A stretch of DNA of 64,000 nt from Cellvibrionales bacterium (GTDB lineage: Bacteria > Pseudomonadota > Gammaproteobacteria > Pseudomonadales > GM7GCV1): the NCBI GenBank assembly GCA_014323765.1, contig JACONM010000034.1, positions 25,076 through 89,075 of the forward strand, read 5' to 3'. Position 1 is the first letter of the stretch; each line of letters starts with the position of its first letter. The position numbers were made by a program, and so were the translations under genes. Below the pieces are notes generated by a model. That model was not told the origin of the DNA. It was given only the letters and a program-made list of their open reading frames with translations, and did not search any database. This document shows, piece after piece, positions 59,011 through 64,000 of this stretch.

Positions 59011-59108
59011 ATGCTCAATCCGACGCAATCCCCTCATGAACCACCCGCTCCGGGTGCAACCCACGGTCCCAAGGGGCTTGGCTGCTAAACTGCCCGCTGC
59101 CGATGCCG
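59011..59108. repeat. direct repeat copy 2 (overlaps the 3' end of the DUF2909-like gene)
   Basis: It is the partner of 57331-57427. Confidence 0.85.
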
Positions 59109-59275
59109 TAGGCGATGGTGCCGATCAGTGCGGTGGCTAGGCTGATGCGGATGCCCAGTGCCCACAGCAGGCGGCGGCGGGCGTTGCCTTTATCCTGCAC
59201 CAGAAAATAAAAGCCGCTACACAGGCTGGCGAGCATGGCCAACAGCAGGATGAGGACGATGGACTTTAACAGCAT
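59015..59275 (-). CDS. twin-transmembrane small protein (DUF2909-like), cox-cluster associated
   Basis: MLLKSIVLILLLAMLASL...LWALGIRISLATALIGTIAYGIG forms two TM helices. I chose the ATG at 59275. The long C-terminal tail is encoded by the repeat. Confidence 0.6.
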   Translation of the reverse strand: MLLKSIVLILLLAMLASLCSGFYFLVQDKGNARRRLLWALGIRISLATALIGTIAYGIGSGQFSSQAPWDRGLHPERVVHEGIASD

Positions 59276-59295
59276 GGGGCGACTCTCGATGGAGG

Positions 59296-60099
59296 ATGAA
59301 CGGGCGATGGACGATGAACAAGCGGATACCCCATTTAACCACATTGCCGCAGGCAGCGTTTGTGTGTGAAGCCGTCCGCTTCGCCTGGCAACCACACTGG
59401 CGTTTTATTGCCCTGCTCGCCGCCATGTTGCCGCTGACATTCGCCGCCGGTTTCTGGCAGCTAGACCGCGCCGAACAAAAGCGCGACATGATTGCCGCCC
59501 AAGCCCATGCCATACGACTGCCCGCCATCCCGCTCGATTCCCTCGCCGCACCGGAAAATTACCGCCGCGTTTGGGTCGAAGGGCGGTGGACGGACGCACT
59601 CTTTTTATTGGACAACCGCACTCGCGCCGGGCGGGTGGGGTACGAAGTGTTGGGAATCCTGCGCGCCGCTAATTTGCCACCAGTGCTGGTCAATCGCGGC
59701 TGGGTCGCCGCCGGTGCCGACCGCGCCGCCCTGCCCACTATTCAAATGCCCGCCGGTCCACAGCGTATCGCCGGGCAACTTTATCGCTCGCCCAGCAAGC
59801 CCCTAGTGCTGGCACCGCAAACCTGGGCCGACAGCTGGCCGGAACGCCTGCAAGCGATCGACTTCGCGCTGCTGGAAGCGCGGCTCGGCGAGCGGCTTTA
59901 TCCCGCCGTGTTACGCATGGAGCCAACCGCGCCGGGGGCCTATCAGGCCACCTGGCCGCTGCCCCGCGCCCGCCCCGCGATGCACACCGGCTACGCGGTG
60001 CAATGGTTTGCCATTGGCGCGACCCTGCTGGTGCTGGCGGTGTTTGCCAATTCCAACCTGTGGGAATGGGCGCAGCACCGCCGCCGCAACCCCAAATAG
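59296..60099 (+). CDS. SURF1 family cytochrome oxidase biogenesis protein
   Basis: It shows GFWQLDRAEQK, VLVNRGWV, YAVQWF and a terminal TM. An alternative ATG lies at 59314. Confidence 0.85.
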   Translation: MNGRWTMNKRIPHLTTLPQAAFVCEAVRFAWQPHWRFIALLAAMLPLTFAAGFWQLDRAEQKRDMIAAQAHAIRLPAIPLDSLAAPENYRRVWVEGRWTDALFLLDNRTRAGRVGYEVLGILRAANLPPVLVNRGWVAAGADRAALPTIQMPAGPQRIAGQLYRSPSKPLVLAPQTWADSWPERLQAIDFALLEARLGERLYPAVLRMEPTAPGAYQATWPLPRARPAMHTGYAVQWFAIGATLLVLAVFANSNLWEWAQHRRRNPK

Positions 60100-60108
60100 G
60101 CCCCCGCT

Positions 60109-60771
60109 ATGTCTGGCCCGCATCCACCCTCACGTCCTAATACTTGGGCCCAGCTCTGGCCGCTCTACATCATCGTCGGCACAGTGGCCCTAACGCTCGC
60201 CCTCGGCCAGCTACTCAGCCCGCAGACTGAAGAAGGCAAGCTGCGCTGGGTCGATTGGCTCGGCACCACCAACCACGGGCGATTGCTCAATCCGCCAATC
60301 GAAGTGACGGCGGGACAGCTGCGCAACGCGGACGGCACTGCCTGGGCCGGGCTGCAAGACAATCGCTGGAAGCTGCTGGTTCTCTATCGGGACGCATGCG
60401 CCGCCGCCTGCCAGCAACGCCTAGCCCAGCTGCAAGCGATGCGGATACGCCTAAACACCGAGGCACACCGCCTGAGCATCGGCGCACTGGCGGCAAACAC
60501 CACCGCGGCCCCGCCCAACCTAGATGCCACCCCGCCAGACCTGCCAAATCCAGATCGGCAAAACCCAGACCGGCAAAAAGTAGCATCGCTGCAAATCACC
60601 GACCCCGATCTAGTAACCGCGCTACACAGGGCCGGGGCCACCGGGCTGGACAGCGGCCCGCTGGTGTTATTGATGAACCCGCCGGGCGACTTTATACTGG
60701 CTTACTCCAACTCCCACCCGGCGTTGGAAATTTTCGAAGATTTTGAGCACCTGCTGGATCTGGCCCGTTAA
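60109..60771 (+). CDS. hypothetical membrane-anchored protein of the cox biogenesis cluster
   Basis: It has an N-terminal TM and sits between SURF1 and ctaA, as in other gammaproteobacterial cox clusters. It contains a short tandem PNPDRQ/NPDRQ repeat. Confidence 0.55.
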   Translation: MSGPHPPSRPNTWAQLWPLYIIVGTVALTLALGQLLSPQTEEGKLRWVDWLGTTNHGRLLNPPIEVTAGQLRNADGTAWAGLQDNRWKLLVLYRDACAAACQQRLAQLQAMRIRLNTEAHRLSIGALAANTTAAPPNLDATPPDLPNPDRQNPDRQKVASLQITDPDLVTALHRAGATGLDSGPLVLLMNPPGDFILAYSNSHPALEIFEDFEHLLDLAR

Positions 60772-60778
60772 GTCCGCC

Positions 60779-61825
60779 ATGTCGTTTTTTCAGCACTTTT
60801 TGCATAACCCCCGCCCCGGCTTTGCGCTCGCCCTCGGCACCCTGATTTTTACGTTTTTTGTGGTGGGTCTCGGGGCCTTCACCCGCTTGGTCGATGCCGG
60901 TCTCGGCTGCCCCGACTGGCCGGGCTGCTACGGGCACCTGCTGTGGCCCAATCAGCCGGACGAGATCGCCGCCGCCAATCGGGCTTTTCCGGATATGCCG
61001 GTCATCGCCGGCAAAGCCTGGCCGGAAATGCTCCACCGCTACGCCGCCGGCCTGCTCGGTCTGCTAATTCTGGCCCTAGCCGCGGTGGCGGTATGGCAGC
61101 GCAAAGTGCTCGGTTACCCCTTCCGTCTGCCGCTATTTCTGCTGTTGCTGGTCGTCTGGCAGGCGTTGTTTGGCATGTGGACGGTCACTCTCAAGCTCTG
61201 GCCACAGGTGGTTACGATTCACCTGCTCGGCGGCTTTGCGACTCTGGTGCTGCTCAGTGTGTTAGTGCAGCGGCTGTCCACCTATCGCTGGCAGCTAAAT
61301 GCGCCCGTACAAACGCGCCTGCGCCGCCTGCGCCCGTGGATGTTCGGCGGCATTGCGCTGGTCGCCGTGCAGGTGGGCCTCGGCGGCTGGCTGGCGGCCA
61401 ATTACGCCGCTTTCGGCTGCCCGCCCGGCGAATTCCCCGCCTGCCACGGCAGTTTCTGGCCCCCGATGGACTTTGCGCAGGGGTTCAATATCGCGCAACG
61501 CATCGGCCCCAATTATCTCGGCGGACTCATGGACAGCGAAGCGCGCACCGCCATCCACTACGCACACCGCGCCGGTGCCCTAGCGGTGACGCTCTATTTG
61601 CTCGGTTTGGCGGTCGCCTGCCTGCGGCTAAACTACCCGCCCCTGAACAGCCTGACCCACGCCCTGCTGGCCGCCCTTGCCCTGCAGCTCATGTTGGGAA
61701 TCGGCAACATCCTGTTGTTAGTGCCGTTATGGCTGGCGGTGGCGCACAACCTAGCGGGCGCATTACTGCTCGCCTTGCTGGCCGCCTTGGCGGTGCAAAG
61801 CATGCAAGCGCGGCTGGAGGAATAG
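60779..61825 (+). CDS. ctaA: heme A synthase (COX15/CtaA)
   Basis: It is polytopic, with GAFTRLVDAGLGCPDWPGCYG, HR..A and HLLGG motifs. I chose the ATG at 60779. Confidence 0.9.
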   Translation: MSFFQHFLHNPRPGFALALGTLIFTFFVVGLGAFTRLVDAGLGCPDWPGCYGHLLWPNQPDEIAAANRAFPDMPVIAGKAWPEMLHRYAAGLLGLLILALAAVAVWQRKVLGYPFRLPLFLLLLVVWQALFGMWTVTLKLWPQVVTIHLLGGFATLVLLSVLVQRLSTYRWQLNAPVQTRLRRLRPWMFGGIALVAVQVGLGGWLAANYAAFGCPPGEFPACHGSFWPPMDFAQGFNIAQRIGPNYLGGLMDSEARTAIHYAHRAGALAVTLYLLGLAVACLRLNYPPLNSLTHALLAALALQLMLGIGNILLLVPLWLAVAHNLAGALLLALLAALAVQSMQARLEE

Positions 61826-61826
61826 G

Positions 61827-62732
61827 GTGATGATAGCCAGCCCCGCCATGCGCACCAAATTGAGCGATTACCTAGAGCTGACCAAGCCGCGGGTGGTGGC
61901 GTTAATGATTCTGACTTCGCTCATCGGCATGCTGCTGGCTGTGCCGGGCATGGTGGCGATCGAAGTGCTAATCCTGGGCAATCTGGGAATCGCCCTCTGC
62001 GCCGGCTCGGCGGCGGCGGTTAACCATCTGGTAGACCGGCACATCGACCTAAAAATGGCCCGCACCCGCGACCGCCCAGTCGCCGCCGGCCGGGTCGAGC
62101 CGCTGCCCGCCGCCCTGTTTGCCTTGGCACTCGGCCTGTTGGGCACCGCCATCCTGGTCGCTTTCATCAATATCACCACCGCACTGCTGACGCTCGCCTC
62201 CCTAGTCGGCTATGCGCTGATCTACACCCTCTGGCTGAAACGCGCCACACCGCAAAATATCGTCATCGGTGGCTTGGCCGGGGCCGCCCCGCCCCTGCTC
62301 GGCTGGACCGCAGTCGCCGGCGAAGTCCACCCCTACGCCCTGCTATTGGTGCTCATCATCTTCGCCTGGACACCGCCGCACTTCTGGGCCCTCGCCCTGT
62401 ACCGCAAGGAAGAATACGCCTGCAGCGGGATACCCATGCTGCCGGTCACCCACGGCGAGCACTACACCAAAATCAACATTCTGCTCTATACTGCCATTCT
62501 GCTGGCGGTCTCGCTGCTGCCCTATTGCGTTGGCATGCTCAGCTGGATTTACCTCGGCGGTGCCCTAATCCTCGGCACCGTCTTCCTCTATTGGGCGATT
62601 CGCCTACTGGCAAGCCCCGGGCGACAGGCCGGCATGCCCACCTTCCGCTATTCCATTTTTTACCTGATGGCCCTGTTCGTGGTGATGCTGGCCGACCACT
62701 ATCTGCTGCCATCCGCCTACCTCGCTCACTAA
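61827..62732 (+). CDS. cyoE: protoheme IX farnesyltransferase (heme O synthase)
   Basis: It shows YLELTKPRVV, NHLVDRHID..M.RT..RP and WTPPHFWALAL. The start is GTG 61827 or ATG 61830. Confidence 0.93.
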   Translation: MMIASPAMRTKLSDYLELTKPRVVALMILTSLIGMLLAVPGMVAIEVLILGNLGIALCAGSAAAVNHLVDRHIDLKMARTRDRPVAAGRVEPLPAALFALALGLLGTAILVAFINITTALLTLASLVGYALIYTLWLKRATPQNIVIGGLAGAAPPLLGWTAVAGEVHPYALLLVLIIFAWTPPHFWALALYRKEEYACSGIPMLPVTHGEHYTKINILLYTAILLAVSLLPYCVGMLSWIYLGGALILGTVFLYWAIRLLASPGRQAGMPTFRYSIFYLMALFVVMLADHYLLPSAYLAH

Positions 62733-62756
62733 TCTCGTTCACTAAGGAAAGCCGCC

Positions 62757-63419
62757 ATGACCCCCCCGCTCGACCCGCTCACCCGCCGCCGCATCCACCG
62801 CACCGCCGCGCTGGCCCTCGCCCTCATAGCGGTCTTCGTCACCGTCTTTTTCTGGAAGGTGACCCAGCCCCGCGCCCTCTCCGAATCCGCCATGGCCGCC
62901 AACGGCCTAATTCTATTTTCCACCCCCCGCGAGGTCCGCCCCTTCACACTGACCGACCACCACGGCCAACCCTTCACTCACGAGAACCTACAAGGCAAGT
63001 GGACCATGCTATTCCCCGGCTTCACCCACTGCCCCGACATTTGCCCCACCACCATGGCGCAGCTAGGGCAAATGTGGGAATACCTCGATGCCACCCCGCG
63101 GCAAGACCTGCAGGTCGCGATGCTCTCAGTTGACCCCGCCCGCGACACGCTCGATAAGCTCCGCCAATACGTCCCCTACTTCAACCCCAACTTCATCGGC
63201 CTAACCGGCGACCTCGCCGCCATCGCCAATCTCGCCGCCCAACTCAATGTCGCCTTCGACATCATCAACCCCGACAATGCCCCCGCCGACTACGAAGTCG
63301 CCCACAGCGCCAACATAGTCCTACTAAACCCACAAGGCCACTACCAAGGCTTCTTCAAACCCCCCTTCGACCCCGCCATCCTCAAGCTAAACTACCAATC
63401 CGTCTGGGTCCAAAATTAA
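62757..63419 (+). CDS. SCO1/SenC family copper chaperone
   Basis: It has a TM anchor, FPGFTHCPDICPTT (CxxxC) and a conserved VAHSANIVLLNP.G. Confidence 0.9.
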   Translation: MTPPLDPLTRRRIHRTAALALALIAVFVTVFFWKVTQPRALSESAMAANGLILFSTPREVRPFTLTDHHGQPFTHENLQGKWTMLFPGFTHCPDICPTTMAQLGQMWEYLDATPRQDLQVAMLSVDPARDTLDKLRQYVPYFNPNFIGLTGDLAAIANLAAQLNVAFDIINPDNAPADYEVAHSANIVLLNPQGHYQGFFKPPFDPAILKLNYQSVWVQN

Positions 63420-63450
63420 CCCCAACCCGCCGAATTAAGCGCAGAGTTAG

Positions 63451-63512
63451 CCAAATCCCCCCGGATAAGGGGGTTCTAACCAAAGCCCCCCTGATAAGGG
63501 GGGTCGGGGGGG
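63451..63512 (+). repeat. two tandem C6-loop-G5/6 hairpins after the SCO gene (possible terminator or REP-like element)
   Basis: CCCCCC-GGATAA-GGGGG (63457-63473) and CCCCCC-TGATAA-GGGGGG (63486-63503) have similar flanks. Confidence 0.45.
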
Positions 63513-63556
63513 TTTCCATGCTAGATTCACCCAACCCCATCTCCGGAGGCAAAAAA

Positions 63557-64000
63557 ATGCAGCAATCCACCAAACACCTACTAGCACCAGAACTCCAGCC
63601 GACCATCGGCGCCTTCCCCATCGACGATATCAGCGACGCAACCCTGCCCGCCTTGCGCGCCATGTTCGCCCCCCCGCCCCTCGCCGACCCCGCCCCCTTC
63701 GCAGTCACCCGTGAAGAAATAAACATCCCCAGCGCAACAGGCCATGTCCGCTGTCTGCTCTACCGCCCCGCCACAACAAAAGCAAACCAAAAACCCTACC
63801 CCGCCTACCTGCACCTGCACGGCGGCGGCTATATCCTCGGCGCACCGGAAGACTCAGACGCACACAACCTCCAGCTGTGCAGCCAGCTCGGCATCGCAGT
63901 GCTCTCGGTCGACTACCGCCTCGCCCCCGAACACCCCGCCCCCGCCGCATTGGACGACTGCGCCGCCGCCCTCGCCTATTTACACCAAGAAGCCGACCGC
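63557..64000 (+). CDS. alpha/beta hydrolase (esterase/lipase, HGGG type), 3' end outside window
   Basis: A GGAGG RBS precedes the ATG at 63557. The frame is open to the window end, with LHLHGGGYILG and VLSVDYRLAPEHP motifs. It is absent from the ORF track because no stop is reached. Confidence 0.8.
   Translation, partial: MQQSTKHLLAPELQPTIGAFPIDDISDATLPALRAMFAPPPLADPAPFAVTREEINIPSATGHVRCLLYRPATTKANQKPYPAYLHLHGGGYILGAPEDSDAHNLQLCSQLGIAVLSVDYRLAPEHPAPAALDDCAAALAYLHQEADR

Noticed and set aside
60943-61830. 295-aa plus-strand ORF in an alternative frame of ctaA
   Set aside because: It is Arg/Ala/Pro-rich and is an off-frame shadow. The ctaA frame has conserved heme A synthase motifs and TM helices.

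Overview
This is a GC-rich, gammaproteobacterial-type chromosome segment that begins in the origin-proximal dnaN-recF-gyrB block. From memory, the conserved backbone matches the gene order near the Pseudomonas origin. That backbone runs: dnaN, recF, gyrB; plsC, glyS, glyQ (minus strand); an LpxL/HtrB-family acyltransferase; trkH, trkA, rsmB, fmt, def (minus strand); a LysM protein, dprA, tsaC, hemF, aroE; then YceI, a CNNM transporter, a gamma-carbonic-anhydrase-like protein and YheV; then an aa3-type cytochrome c oxidase cluster (coxB, coxA, ctaG, coxC ... DUF2909, SURF1, ctaA, ctaB, SCO).

Five accessory insertions interrupt this backbone:
1. A ~19 kb uptake/catabolic island (4277-23340). 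It has two TonB-dependent receptors, a TRAP system, an SSS symporter, several SnoaL-like proteins, a bicupin, an aldolase, a hisD-like dehydrogenase and an SDR. It has no regulator. Each receptor gene carries an 11-G homopolymer, and one of these breaks the link between the signal peptide and the barrel.
2. A restriction-modification/defence island between glyQ and the acyltransferase (27501-32294). It holds an MTase-HNH fusion, a tightly packed cassette of unknown ORFs, and a Dam-type MTase with a putative endonuclease.
3. A single AT-rich lipoprotein gene between dprA and tsaC.
4. An island after aroE (about 44340-48830). It holds two tandem MTase/Mrr-like-nuclease fusion paralogues with a conserved leader (one copy has an in-frame amber codon) and an AT-rich protein with a nucleoside-deoxyribosyltransferase/TIR-like C-terminal domain.
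5. A ~2.8 kb insertion inside the cox cluster (56223-59010). It holds a DUF6884-like plus GIY-YIG gene pair and a membrane-anchored Ala/Lys/Asp-rich protein bracketed by ~97-bp direct repeats.

I saw no integrase, transposase, tRNA, rRNA or CRISPR array. The best candidates for an undescribed system are the cassette at 28735-30223 with its MTase-HNH neighbour, the 47823-48815 protein next to the MTase-nuclease fusions, and the DUF6884-like/GIY-YIG pair. All functional calls come from reading motifs by eye; no database search was possible.
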